Shown: positions 53,262 through 63,611, numbered from the stretch's first letter. The stretch is DNA of 64,000 nucleotides from Micavibrio sp. UBA2137 (GCA_002328415.1 DCXL01000004.1:32311-96310), one strand, 5' to 3'. Numbers and translations are program-made. Notes: generated by a model from the sequence alone, not told the origin.

Positions 53262-54845
53262 TTATTTCTTTTTCTTCCTGTTCTTCTTTGTGCCTCCACG
53301 TGTGGGCAAGCCTGGCAATCCACCCATGCCGCTACCTATGCCGCCACCAAGTCCAGGAAACCCTCCACCTGTGGGCATGCCACCACCAGCAAACGGGTTA
53401 GGCCCAAGTCCTGAGCCGCCTCCTTGTTGTTCCTGAAGCGCCTGCATGGCCTCTTCCTCGCTCATGCCTTCGAGTTCATCGAGCATGGCGGCATCCTTGC
53501 CACCCATGAGCCCCTTCATTTGTTTCATCATGCCGCCCATGCCCATTTTTTTGATGCGTTTCATCATCTTTTCCATCTGGGCATGCTGTTTAATCAGCTT
53601 GTTAAGCTCTTGTACGGTCGATCCTGAGCCTTCGGCAATACGACGCTTACGTGAAGCGTTTAAAAGAGCAGGCTTGGCGCGCTCCTCCATTGTCATCGAC
53701 AGGATCATCGCCTCTTGTTTTTTGATAATTGTGTCATCGACATTGGCCTTTTCAATTTGGTCTGCAAATTTACCGAGACCAGGTAACATTTTCATGAGCG
53801 AGCCCATGCCGCCCATTTTGCTCATTTGTTTATATTGGGCGAGCATGTCGTTAAAGTCGAACTTGCCCTTCTTGAATTTTTCCGCCATTTGGGCGGCTTC
53901 TTCTTGGTCAACTGTTTCAACAGCCTTTTCAACCAAGGAGACAACATCACCCATCCCCAAAATGCGTCCTGCAATACGGTCAGGGTAGAAGGCCTCAATC
54001 TCACTCCATTTCTCACCCACACCGATAAGCTTAATGGGTTTGCCTGTGATAGAGCGCATGGACATCGCCGCACCGCCGCGTGCATCCCCATCAACACGTG
54101 TCAGCATAATGCCTGTAATGCCGATTTTCTCGTCAAAGGCCTTGGCAACATTCACGGCGTCTTGCCCAGTCATGGCATCAGCAACAAGGAGCGTTTCAAC
54201 AGGGTTTGTTGCTTTTGATACGGCCTTCACCTCATTCATCAAAGGCTCATCAATAGCCAGACGACCTGCCGTATCAAGGATAACAATGTCGTATCCTTCT
54301 TTGCGGCCTGTCTCCATCGCACGAAGAGCGATTTTCTCTGGTGTCTGACCGTCAATGATCGGAAGTGTTGTAACCTCTGTTTGCTCACCCAACTGACGTA
54401 ACTGCTCCTGCGCGGCGGGGCGCTGCACGTCAAGGGAGGCCATCAACACCTTTTTTCTATGCTTTTCCTGCAAGAAACGCCCAATTTTGGCAGAGGATGT
54501 TGTTTTACCAGCACCTTGTAGACCCACCATCAAAATGGCTGCAGGCGCAGGCGCGGATAGGGCACGCAGTTCTGTTTCATCCGCACCCAGAAGCTCAACC
54601 ATTTCATCATGGACGATTTTAACAACTTGTTGGGCAGGATTAACGCCCTTGATAACGTCTTGGCCAATGGCCTTTTCTTTAACGGTTTCGATGAAGTCCT
54701 TAACAACAGGCAGGGCAACGTCGGCCTCAAGTAAGGCAACGCGGATTTCGCGCATCGCAGTATTGACGTCTTCCTCGCGCAAGGCACCCTTGCCACGAAG
54801 ACCGTCGAAAATTCCACCTAATCTGTCACTGAGTGACTGAAACAT
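53262..54845 (-). CDS. ffh: Signal recognition particle protein Ffh
   Basis: 527 aa. N/G domain (GLQGAGKTT, DTAGR, TRVDGD), Met-rich M domain, Gly-rich C-tail ending KKNRKKKK. Confidence 0.95.
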   Translation of the reverse strand: MFQSLSDRLGGIFDGLRGKGALREEDVNTAMREIRVALLEADVALPVVKDFIETVKEKAIGQDVIKGVNPAQQVVKIVHDEMVELLGADETELRALSAPAPAAILMVGLQGAGKTTSSAKIGRFLQEKHRKKVLMASLDVQRPAAQEQLRQLGEQTEVTTLPIIDGQTPEKIALRAMETGRKEGYDIVILDTAGRLAIDEPLMNEVKAVSKATNPVETLLVADAMTGQDAVNVAKAFDEKIGITGIMLTRVDGDARGGAAMSMRSITGKPIKLIGVGEKWSEIEAFYPDRIAGRILGMGDVVSLVEKAVETVDQEEAAQMAEKFKKGKFDFNDMLAQYKQMSKMGGMGSLMKMLPGLGKFADQIEKANVDDTIIKKQEAMILSMTMEERAKPALLNASRKRRIAEGSGSTVQELNKLIKQHAQMEKMMKRIKKMGMGGMMKQMKGLMGGKDAAMLDELEGMSEEEAMQALQEQQGGGSGLGPNPFAGGGMPTGGGFPGLGGGIGSGMGGLPGLPTRGGTKKNRKKKK

Positions 54846-55101
54846 GAATAACCGTTCCCATTTATCTTTCTACTGCGTTACTTCCTCGTTTGCGTAATTA
54901 ATTACGCATCACTCCTCGTGCCTTGTATAAAGAAAAAGCGAAACGCTTATCGCTTCAAATCTATACAACAAAATTTGCCCCAGTGAGCGTAAATTCGCCG
55001 ACTGAGGGGTATCCCTAAAACATAGTGGACACGGGGTTTAAAACGCCGATGTCGCTTAATTTCGACGTTTTATAACATTAGTTTTTAAAGGAAAGCAAGT
55101 C

Positions 55102-55806
55102 TTAATTGGCTTCCATTGCGCCAATAAGTGCAGAGGATGGACCTTGTTCTGTTGTAACAACGTCGCCCTTAGTAATACTTCTGAAGTTTTCAGATATATC
55201 TGCAATCTCGGCAATCTTCGCTCGGAGTGTTGGGTTACGCTCAATTTCAAGAAGGTTACGACGGAAGGCTATAAACTCTTCAGGTTTGAGATAGCTCTGT
55301 ATCATCTCCATATCACGTGTACGCAGAGTGGGGCGCTCCGAGGTGCGCAATTGATCCTGATGCTCAGGCTCATCTGAGTTTTCATGTTGGTATTTGACCT
55401 TAGGTTGCATCGGGTTAAGGGCATCCGAACCAGTCACCGTTTCAAAACGCTGTGAATTAGGGGCGTAACTCATTAATTGAGAGGTAATTCTTAATGTTCT
55501 GAAAAGAGGAAGCCCATTAGATGTTACATTGAGTTCTGCACGTCCGCTCTGGTATTTGGAAAACCCCTCCATGCGGTCAACCATGTCAGTTTCTGTTAGT
55601 GGTTTAATATGCAATTCGATTTTAGCGCCTTTTGCATGGCTGTCGCGCTTATCGAGTTGTTGTTCATATGTCATGCGTAAAGCGAGCCCAATATGAGCCA
55701 ATTCCTCTACGTAAGGAGCAAGGAAGTCATGATTATAGCGATGAACCTCTTGTTCAAGAACGGTGTCTTCAGTGGCGGCCTGACCCATTAAATCTCTCAA
55801 TGACAT
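55102..55806 (-). CDS. Hypothetical cytoplasmic protein
   Basis: 234 aa. Long uninterrupted ORF with no signal peptide, TM segment or recognisable motif. Confidence 0.45.
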   Translation of the reverse strand: MSLRDLMGQAATEDTVLEQEVHRYNHDFLAPYVEELAHIGLALRMTYEQQLDKRDSHAKGAKIELHIKPLTETDMVDRMEGFSKYQSGRAELNVTSNGLPLFRTLRITSQLMSYAPNSQRFETVTGSDALNPMQPKVKYQHENSDEPEHQDQLRTSERPTLRTRDMEMIQSYLKPEEFIAFRRNLLEIERNPTLRAKIAEIADISENFRSITKGDVVTTEQGPSSALIGAMEAN

Positions 55807-55939
55807 ATCTCATACTCCTGTAGTGAATAATGCCCAAAATTTACCATAATGATACAGGGCGTGCCAATTATAGACAAATTTTACAGTCATTTCAGAAAGA
55901 TAGATTGCTTTTCCTGTAAATTAAAACTAGAAAAAAACT

Positions 55940-56785
55940 ATGATTAAATTTCGCAAAATGCATGGGCTTGGCAATGATTTTGTCATTCTGGATGCGCGTA
56001 AAGAGCGTGCGTTATTGAACATATCTTCCGAAAGCACCCAAAAAATATGCGACCGTAATAAGGGTATTGGCTGTGACCAATTGATAGTTTTAGAGAATCC
56101 CAAGTCTGATAAAGCAGATATTTTCATGCGTATTTATAATCCTGATGGAGGTGAGGCGGGGGCATGTGGAAACGCAACGCGCTGTGTGGCTGATATTATC
56201 GGAAAAGAACAGGATAAAGAGACGCTTGTTGTTGAGACAATATCTGGATTGCTGGGTTGCATTAGAAACAAAGATGCCACAGTGACTGTTGATATGGGCA
56301 CGCCTATTCTTGATTGGGAAAATATTCCTCTCTCGCAAGAGTGTGATATTGACAATTTGCCCCTCGATTGTGTCGATGCCAGTGCCGTTGGGATGGGAAA
56401 TCCACATTGTATTATTTTCGTTGAAAATGCAGATAAGGCAGATGTTAAAAACTGTGGCAGTTGTCTGGAAACACATCCACTATTTCCTGAGCGGACAAAT
56501 GTCGAATTTGTGAGCTTTTCCAGTCGGGCGCACATGCGCATGCGTGTCTGGGAGCGTGGGGCAGGTATTACGCTTGCTTGTGGTTCAGGCGCCTGTGCTG
56601 CAGCCGTTGCAGCTATGCGCCGCAATTTATGCGCACGCAAAATTACAATTACGCTTGATGGTGGCACGCTTGATATTGAATGGCGTGAAAGTGACAACCA
56701 TGTCCTGATGACAGGTGGCTTTACTTATGTGTTTGACGGCGTTTATAGAAATGATGTAAAAAACGCGCCTTATGACACAGAATAA
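55940..56785 (+). CDS. dapF: Diaminopimelate epimerase
   Basis: 281 aa. MHGLGNDFVILD plus the two catalytic Cys regions (GNATRC, ACGSGACA). Confidence 0.9.
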   Translation: MIKFRKMHGLGNDFVILDARKERALLNISSESTQKICDRNKGIGCDQLIVLENPKSDKADIFMRIYNPDGGEAGACGNATRCVADIIGKEQDKETLVVETISGLLGCIRNKDATVTVDMGTPILDWENIPLSQECDIDNLPLDCVDASAVGMGNPHCIIFVENADKADVKNCGSCLETHPLFPERTNVEFVSFSSRAHMRMRVWERGAGITLACGSGACAAAVAAMRRNLCARKITITLDGGTLDIEWRESDNHVLMTGGFTYVFDGVYRNDVKNAPYDTE

Positions 56786-58028
56786 TGAGCCAGAGCTAAT
56801 CACATTTGGATGTCGCCTCAATACCTATGAGAGCGAGGTTATGCGCGACCATGCCAAAAACGCAGGGCTTGAGAACGCCATTATCGTCAATACGTGCGCG
56901 GTCACCAAAGAGGCCGAGCGTCAGGCACGGCAAGCCATCCGTCGCGCGCACAAGAAAAATCCCGATGCCAAAATTATTGTGACAGGATGCTCGGCGCAAA
57001 TTAACCCTGATGTTTATGCAGGTATCAAGGGCGTTTCAAATGTTGTCGGGAATGATGCGAAGTTAGAGGGCGCGACATGGCAGGGCCTGGGTGGCGCCAA
57101 AGTACTTGTGAACGACATTATGAGCGTAAAGGAAACGGCCTCCCACCTTGTTGAGGGCTTTGAGGGCAGGGCGCGTGCCTTTATTCAGGTGCAAAATGGA
57201 TGCGACCATCGCTGTACCTTTTGTATTATTCCCTATGGTCGTGGTAATTCGCGCTCTGTGCCTATTGGTGCGATTGTTGATCAAGTGCGCACACTTGTGG
57301 CGCAGGGTTATCATGAAATTGTACTGACGGGTGTGGATGTCACCTCATATGGCCCTGATTTGCCGGGCAAACCCACATTTGGACAGATGATCCGCCGCGT
57401 GCTTGCGCTTGTGCCAGAATTACCGCGTCTGCGTCTCTCATCACTTGATCCTGTAGAGATAGACGAAGATTTATGGACGCTTATTGCGGAAGAGCCAAGA
57501 CTGATGCCACACCTGCATCTCTCGGCACAAGCAGGAGACGACATGGTGCTTAAACGCATGAAGCGTCGTCATTTGCGTCAGGATATTCTGGATGTTGTGA
57601 ATCGTGCACGCGATTTGCGCCCAGATATCGCCTTTGGTGCAGATATTATTGCTGGTTTTCCAACCGAAACTGACGAGATGTTTGAAAACACACGCGCACT
57701 TATAGAAGAGGCTGACTTGGTCTATGCTCATATTTTCCCCTATTCCGAGCGTGAGGGAACGCCCGCAGCGCGCATGCCTCAAGTCGACCATCAGGTGCGA
57801 AAGGAACGTGCGGCAATCTTGCGTGAAACAGCCGAAAGACAACATGAAAAATACTTGAAAAAATACATGAATAAATCTTTTCAAATTATTGTTGAAAAAG
57901 AAAATTTTGGTCATACAGAAAACTTTATTCCTGTGCATTTTAATGGGCATGCACCAGTAGGGGCATTGGTCCATTTTCAGGCAGAAAGCCTACAGGATAA
58001 TCATCTCTACGGAACAATTTCTGCATAA
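56772..58028 (+). CDS. mtaB: Radical-SAM methylthiotransferase, MtaB-like (MiaB family)
   Basis: 418 aa. UPF0004 N-domain (FGCRLNTYESE), radical SAM CDHRCTFCIIP, TRAM-like C-terminus. Confidence 0.85.
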   Translation: MTQNNEPELITFGCRLNTYESEVMRDHAKNAGLENAIIVNTCAVTKEAERQARQAIRRAHKKNPDAKIIVTGCSAQINPDVYAGIKGVSNVVGNDAKLEGATWQGLGGAKVLVNDIMSVKETASHLVEGFEGRARAFIQVQNGCDHRCTFCIIPYGRGNSRSVPIGAIVDQVRTLVAQGYHEIVLTGVDVTSYGPDLPGKPTFGQMIRRVLALVPELPRLRLSSLDPVEIDEDLWTLIAEEPRLMPHLHLSAQAGDDMVLKRMKRRHLRQDILDVVNRARDLRPDIAFGADIIAGFPTETDEMFENTRALIEEADLVYAHIFPYSEREGTPAARMPQVDHQVRKERAAILRETAERQHEKYLKKYMNKSFQIIVEKENFGHTENFIPVHFNGHAPVGALVHFQAESLQDNHLYGTISA

Positions 58029-58117
58029 GCGGTTATTTCAAGCGAACTTCACCCTCGATTTTTGCGTTGATGAGGTTATAGTGACTCTTGAAACAAATAT
58101 CAGAAAGAGGTGGCGTC

Positions 58118-59299
58118 ATGGTTTTTTGGCGTAAAAAGAAAAATCAAAAAGAGCAAGAACAGGATGAACAGGATGATAAAATATTGCATCACCCTGGCGA
58201 ACCTGAAATAGAGCCACCAGTTGAATATGACGCTGATATCTCTCCCGAGTTGGAACAGCAGTTAAAAGAAAAGCCCTCCGACATTATAGACGATATCAAG
58301 GAAACACCCTTACCCAAGTCCCAAAAGGACAGTCAGGAAGATAGCAAGCGCGTGTCAGATAAAAAGGATGAGGGTGGATGGCTCTCACGCCTTAATCTTG
58401 GGCTATCCAAGTCATCGGGCAAGCTTGAGAAGGGGTTAGCAAGCTTCCTCACAGGCAAAAAACTGGATGCCGAGGCGCTAGAGAAGTTAGAAGAAATTTT
58501 GATTGCCGCAGACCTTGGTCCGAAAACGGCCATGATGCTAGCTAAAGAAATTGGCGATAGTCGTTTCGGCAAGGAAACTTCCGAGGAAGAGATTAAACAA
58601 ACACTTGCTGAGCGTATCGAGGAATTGCTGGGTGATGTGGCTATTCCTATGGAAATCAAGACACCTGAGGAAGGCCCGCGTGTTGTGCTGGTATGTGGCG
58701 TAAACGGTGTTGGGAAAACAACAACAATTGGAAAGCTTGCACATCAACTGCATTACAAAATGGGTAAAAAGGTGATGCTAGCGGCAGGTGATACCTTCCG
58801 TGCCGCAGCCATAGAGCAGTTGCAGATTTGGGCTGACCGTGTCGGGTGCAAGCTCATTTCCAAGGATCTGGGATCAGATGCGGCCGCGCTCGCCTATGAG
58901 GCTTATGAGCAAGCCAAAGCCGATAATGTTGATATCCTGCTGATTGATACAGCGGGACGTTTGCAGAATAAATCCAATTTGATGGACGAGCTGGGTAAAA
59001 TCAGACGTGTCTTGCAGAAACATGGCGAGGCGCTCCCACATGCAACCTTGCTTGTTCTGGATGCAACCACGGGACAAAACGCCCATTCACAAGTTGAAAC
59101 CTTTCAGGAAACCGTTGATGTGACAGGGCTTATTGTCACAAAGCTTGACGGATCAGCCAAGGGTGGTGTTGTGGTGTCGCTCGCAGATAAGTTCAAAATG
59201 CCCATTCATGCCATTGGAGTGGGAGAGCAGATTGACGATTTACAGCCTTTTCGTGCAAAAGCCTTTGCAAACTCACTTGTCGGATTGACTGAATCGTAA
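58118..59299 (+). CDS. ftsY: Signal recognition particle receptor FtsY
   Basis: Acidic A-domain, then NG domain (GVNGVGKTTT, DTAGR, TKLDGSAKGG). The ATG at 58118 with an AAGAGGTGG RBS is preferred over the TTG at 58088. Confidence 0.9.
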   Translation: MVFWRKKKNQKEQEQDEQDDKILHHPGEPEIEPPVEYDADISPELEQQLKEKPSDIIDDIKETPLPKSQKDSQEDSKRVSDKKDEGGWLSRLNLGLSKSSGKLEKGLASFLTGKKLDAEALEKLEEILIAADLGPKTAMMLAKEIGDSRFGKETSEEEIKQTLAERIEELLGDVAIPMEIKTPEEGPRVVLVCGVNGVGKTTTIGKLAHQLHYKMGKKVMLAAGDTFRAAAIEQLQIWADRVGCKLISKDLGSDAAALAYEAYEQAKADNVDILLIDTAGRLQNKSNLMDELGKIRRVLQKHGEALPHATLLVLDATTGQNAHSQVETFQETVDVTGLIVTKLDGSAKGGVVVSLADKFKMPIHAIGVGEQIDDLQPFRAKAFANSLVGLTES

Positions 59300-59320
59300 A
59301 TCTGTTTACGATTGGTTTTC

Positions 59321-60802
59321 ATGAAAAATAAGACATTTAAAGACGCAGATAAAGCGCTCGACTACATCAAAAAACTCTATTCAGATAACGTTGATTACCT
59401 GACCTCTGCCTTTGACAGCTTTGCGAATGGCAAAATCCCCGACAAGCGTGTCACAGCCTGTTACCCCTATATGCGGATTGCCACAGAAAAGGCCACGCGC
59501 AATGATATTCGTCTCTCCTATGGCTTTGTACCGCGTCCAGGCACTTATGAAACAACGCTGACCCGTCCTGATATTTTCGACCATTACTACAAGAATCAAA
59601 TTGATTTGCTTCTCAAAAATCACGGACAGCCCATTGAGATTGGGGTTAGCAAAACGCCCATTCCAATTCACTTTGCGCTGGGTGAGGATTTCTATCTTGA
59701 GCAGGATTTGGATGAAGAACAAATTAAGGCAATGCCAAGTTTGTTTGATCAGCCTGATTTAGAAGATATGGATGATCAGATTGCCAATAATACACATATC
59801 GTTAAGACAGGCGAGCCATCGCCTTTGGCATTGTTCACTGCCCCGCGTGTTGATTTGAGCATCATGCGCTTGCGTCATTACACGGCGACAAATGCGGAGC
59901 ATTTCCAAAACTATGTCATTTTTACGAACTATCAGTTTTATATTGACCAGTTTACGCGTCTTGCCCAAGACATGATGGCGCCTACAGATGATGCGAATGA
60001 AAAGAAGGAGCGCAGCGAGTATTGCGCCTTTGTCGAGCCAGGTAATAAGGTTACTTACAATAAAAACCTATCCAATAAGGCGGATGAACCAGGGTATCAG
60101 CTTGGTCGTATGCCGCAGATGCCAGCCTATCACCTTAAACGCGAGGATGGCTCTGGAATTACAATTGTGAATATTGGGGTTGGCCCATCAAATGCTAAAA
60201 CAATAACCGACCATATTGCCGTTTTGCGCCCGCATGCGTGGATGATGTTGGGGCATTGTGCGGGGTTAAGAAACTCGCAGAGCTTAGGGGATTATGTTCT
60301 GGCACATGCTTATGTGCGTGAGGACAATGTGCTTTATAAGGACTTGCATCCTGCCATTCCTATTCCTGCACTGTCCGAAATACAGTTAAGCCTTGAACAG
60401 GCTGTGAGTGAAGTGACGGGCTATCAGGGGTATGATTTGAAAAAAATTATGCGGACAGGAACAGTTGCAACCGTTGATGACCGAAACTGGGAATTGCGTC
60501 CTGCAACCTATCATAACCGTCGTTTGAGCCAGTCTCGTGCGATTGCGCTGGATATGGAATCGGGAACGATTGCGGCAAATGGCTTCCGCTTCCGCGTACC
60601 ATACGGAACGCTACTTTGCGTTTCTGATAAACCTCTCCACGGACAATTAAAGTTGCCAGGGATGGCCGATAGCTTCTATCGCCAACGTGTTGAACAGCAT
60701 TTGCATATCGGGATGCGTACCATGTCGCTTCTGCGTGAAATTGGTAGCGAAAGACTGCATAGCCGTAAATTACGTGCCTTTAACGAGGTTGCATTCCAGT
60801 AA
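59321..60802 (+). CDS. amn: AMP nucleosidase
   Basis: Near-colinear with E. coli Amn as I recall it (RLRHYT...FTNYQ...MPAYHL...ITIVNIGVGPSNAKTITDH...GDYVLAHAY...TVDDRNWELR...RVPYGTLLCVSDKPLHG...LHSRKLR). Confidence 0.9.
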   Translation: MKNKTFKDADKALDYIKKLYSDNVDYLTSAFDSFANGKIPDKRVTACYPYMRIATEKATRNDIRLSYGFVPRPGTYETTLTRPDIFDHYYKNQIDLLLKNHGQPIEIGVSKTPIPIHFALGEDFYLEQDLDEEQIKAMPSLFDQPDLEDMDDQIANNTHIVKTGEPSPLALFTAPRVDLSIMRLRHYTATNAEHFQNYVIFTNYQFYIDQFTRLAQDMMAPTDDANEKKERSEYCAFVEPGNKVTYNKNLSNKADEPGYQLGRMPQMPAYHLKREDGSGITIVNIGVGPSNAKTITDHIAVLRPHAWMMLGHCAGLRNSQSLGDYVLAHAYVREDNVLYKDLHPAIPIPALSEIQLSLEQAVSEVTGYQGYDLKKIMRTGTVATVDDRNWELRPATYHNRRLSQSRAIALDMESGTIAANGFRFRVPYGTLLCVSDKPLHGQLKLPGMADSFYRQRVEQHLHIGMRTMSLLREIGSERLHSRKLRAFNEVAFQ

Positions 60803-60814
60803 GGTGATCCTTCC

Positions 60815-61678
60815 ATGAAACTGAATGACAACGCCACACTCTATTTCCCTGAAGGTCGCACGGAAGAAGAGGCATTTGAAGTGTCGCAGAGCGGTCCTTT
60901 GGCTATTGGTGCGCATCAGGATGATCTGGAAATCTTTGCTATGCATGGGATAGGCAATGCCTATTTAGGCAATACACCTAAATTTGTTGGTGTAACTGTG
61001 ACCAATGGGGATGGTAGTCCGCGCAAAGGGGAATTTGCCAATTATACGAATGAAGAGATGATGGCTGCGCGCTTGCAGGAACAAAATGAAGCTGCCGAAA
61101 TAGGGCGCTATGGCGCGCAAATTCAGCTAGGGTATAAAAGTGGTGATATTAAAGGCGAAAACCCCGCTAAGGGCATTGCGCTTCTTGCAGATATTATCGA
61201 GATTTTGCTAGAGCTTAAGCCAGACACGCTTTATGTGCATAATCCCTTTGATAAGCATGACACCCATCTGGCTATCACACGTGCAACGATAAAAGCTTTA
61301 CGAGCCTTGCCAGAGCAGGAGCGTCCAAAGCATGTCTATGGATGTGAGGTCTGGCGCGGGTTAGATTGGGTACTGAGTGACCAGAAAATTGCTCTTGATG
61401 TATCGCCTTTTCTTGAGCTACAGGAAAAGCTGATTGATTGTCACAAATCCCAAATTGCGGGTAGCAAGAATTACACGCAGGCCACCATTGGACGGCAGTT
61501 AGCCAATGCTACTTATTTGGGTTCTCATGATTTAGAGGAGGCGACGGCTATGACTTATGCTGTTGATCTTATGCCGTTACTTAAAGATAAGAACCTTACT
61601 ATGACTGAGTTTGCGCGCAGTCACGTTAATCCCTTTGCGGATAAATTGATCGGTAAAGCCAAAGAGTATGATGTTTAA
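60815..61678 (+). CDS. PIG-L/LmbE-family deacetylase
   Basis: 287 aa. AHQDD motif near the N-terminus and downstream HxxH-type region (HDTHLA). Confidence 0.7.
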   Translation: MKLNDNATLYFPEGRTEEEAFEVSQSGPLAIGAHQDDLEIFAMHGIGNAYLGNTPKFVGVTVTNGDGSPRKGEFANYTNEEMMAARLQEQNEAAEIGRYGAQIQLGYKSGDIKGENPAKGIALLADIIEILLELKPDTLYVHNPFDKHDTHLAITRATIKALRALPEQERPKHVYGCEVWRGLDWVLSDQKIALDVSPFLELQEKLIDCHKSQIAGSKNYTQATIGRQLANATYLGSHDLEEATAMTYAVDLMPLLKDKNLTMTEFARSHVNPFADKLIGKAKEYDV

Positions 61679-61847
61679 GGCGCTTATTGTTTAATAATTA
61701 CAATAAGATAGGCGCATCAATTTTTACATAAAGATATGGTGTTGTATAGTAAAGCTACATAAGAAATTTAGCCCGCGCATCCCCTGCATTTATCAATGGC
61801 GCACTAGGTTTCTATAGATGAGCTAAATGTCTGCTAGCGACATTTAC

Positions 61848-62123
61848 TCAGACAATTATATTGATATTAGAGCCGCGGGCACTGCCATTTGGAAGAGGGG
61901 CAGGTGCTGCATCAGCACTGTAAGCGGTTTGAAATGGTGAGTAAGGATTGCGTGTTTCGTTATCTTGCGCCTCTGCAGTCTCAGTTCCTTGAGGCTTTGT
62001 TTCCTTCAAACGATCGGATTGTTGCTTGTTCTGTTCACGGCCAACAGCAAATTGTTCACCTTTCGGTACATTTGAAAGGCTTGACGCAACTTGTGAATTT
62101 AAACTGGTGAGAGGACCCAGCAT
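61848..62123 (-). CDS. Hypothetical small low-complexity protein (91 aa)
   Basis: GGGGAG RBS 5 nt upstream of the ATG. Polar, disordered-looking sequence. A CtrA-type box lies 68-83 nt upstream. Confidence 0.3.
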   Translation of the reverse strand: MLGPLTSLNSQVASSLSNVPKGEQFAVGREQNKQQSDRLKETKPQGTETAEAQDNETRNPYSPFQTAYSADAAPAPLPNGSARGSNINIIV

Positions 62124-62190
62124 TAAATCTCCCCGACTAGTGATTACTCTTATAAATGGAACTCTATAAGAAAGAATATAATATACAGTA

Positions 62191-62206
62191 TTAAGAAACT
62201 CTTAAC
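62191..62206. promoter_or_regulatory. CtrA-type binding motif TTAA-N7-TTAAC
   Basis: Exact match TTAAGAAACTCTTAAC in an AT-rich divergent intergenic region. A single 9-bp-specified match is expected by chance about once in a window this size, so the support is positional only. Confidence 0.3.
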
Positions 62207-62438
62207 GTCTGACAACCCTTTTCAAAAAATTGTCCAAAGCCAATTCTGGTAGTATTTCATAAAATTTACATAAAATTTTAGATAAATTTGATGTTGTTAA
62301 TTATCTGGTAAGATTCGTTAGCTATATTAAAAGGTGCAGGGAGAGAAACATCAACGAATGTTATTACTTGGAATCACCTCTAAGTCTCTCATAATAAAGA
62401 ATATACGGATATTGGGATAGGTTTTTGCAGGGGACATT

Positions 62439-63563
62439 ATGCTGGATTGGACAACTTTAAACAGATCAGAGACGCTCGCGCCGCTCTTAATTGAGCTGTA
62501 CGACTCACACAAGATTTATTCACTTGCTAAAGATAAAAGTCCTGATGCCCGTTTCAAGTTAAGCGAGCAGGTCAGTGCTTTGCTTGCGAATCAGTTAAGC
62601 CCACGTGAAGAGGATTTGGTTTGCGACATTTTGCTAACACTTATCCGTCAGGCAGAAACAGAGCTTAAAATCGCATTGGCTGAAAAGCTTTCCAGTCTGA
62701 ACAGCGTGCCATCACCAGTCTTACTTCAACTTGCTTATGATGAAATTTCGGTTTCTGAAATCGTGCTCAAAAACAGCATGTGTCTTGAGACACTTGATTT
62801 GATGTATATCATTCAGTCACATGAGGCGCCTTACTGGCGCGCAATTGCCCAAAGAAAAGCGCTTCCCGATACAGTCATTGATGTTTTGAGCGAAGTCGAA
62901 GATGAAGACACGCATGTCAAGCTTGCTGCCAATGCCGATATCACGCTCACAGAGCACGCAGCGCAGCGTTTAAGCGAACACGCCCTTGAAAGCGAAGAAA
63001 TTCGTGCCGTTTTAATTGAGCGTGAGGATCTATGTCAGGAGCTAGCTGAAAAACTACATCAGGCTGTGGGTGATGCAATGCGTGACTTTGTGGTTAATAG
63101 TCACGATACAACATCCAATAATTTAGCTGTACTTGATTCAGCCATTGAAAGTGTGATTGAAACAACGCCGCGCAAAACAGAGGACATTGACTTTAACCTT
63201 CTTATTCCACGCGAGTTGACATTGTTTCAAGCGCGAAAGCTAGGCGAGCAGGGGATTTTAAGTGCGCACACCATGATTGAGAGCCTGCGCCTGAAAAATT
63301 ACAAATTCTTTGTCGCACAATTTGCAACACTTGCTGGTCTTTACCCAGATCAGGCGATCGAAATTTTAAAACAAACATATGGGCATGGACTGGCTGTTAT
63401 TTGTAAGGCGCATAATATCGAGAAAAGCGATTTTATTAATATGTTCCTGATGACAGAGATTTTCAGAACACAGGAGAAGGCCACAAAGGCAAAGGTTCTG
63501 CATCGTGCTATTAGTTATTACGAACGCCTGACAACAGAGTCAGCGCGTAAACTTCTTTCATAA
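62439..63563 (+). CDS. DUF2336-like helical-repeat protein
   Basis: 374 aa. The pattern ...ALAEKLSSLNSVPSPVLLQLAYDEISVSEIVLKNS..L...DLMYI......WRAIAQRKALPDTVIDVL resembles the alphaproteobacterial DUF2336 family as I recall it. Confidence 0.5.
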   Translation: MLDWTTLNRSETLAPLLIELYDSHKIYSLAKDKSPDARFKLSEQVSALLANQLSPREEDLVCDILLTLIRQAETELKIALAEKLSSLNSVPSPVLLQLAYDEISVSEIVLKNSMCLETLDLMYIIQSHEAPYWRAIAQRKALPDTVIDVLSEVEDEDTHVKLAANADITLTEHAAQRLSEHALESEEIRAVLIEREDLCQELAEKLHQAVGDAMRDFVVNSHDTTSNNLAVLDSAIESVIETTPRKTEDIDFNLLIPRELTLFQARKLGEQGILSAHTMIESLRLKNYKFFVAQFATLAGLYPDQAIEILKQTYGHGLAVICKAHNIEKSDFINMFLMTEIFRTQEKATKAKVLHRAISYYERLTTESARKLLS

Positions 63564-63584
63564 AGTCCTTTTAGGTAAAACTTC

Positions 63585-63611
63585 AAAGCCGCTTTCTTAA
63601 GCGGCTTTTTT
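63585..63611. terminator. Rho-independent terminator shared by convergent genes
   Basis: aaagccgctt-tctt-aagcggcttt hairpin followed by a T-run. It overlaps the pgk stop codon. Confidence 0.6.

Noticed and set aside
61679-61715. Hairpin gcgcttattgt...acaataag after the PIG-L gene as a terminator
   Set aside because: The stem is AT-rich with no immediately following T-run, so it is not convincing as an intrinsic terminator.
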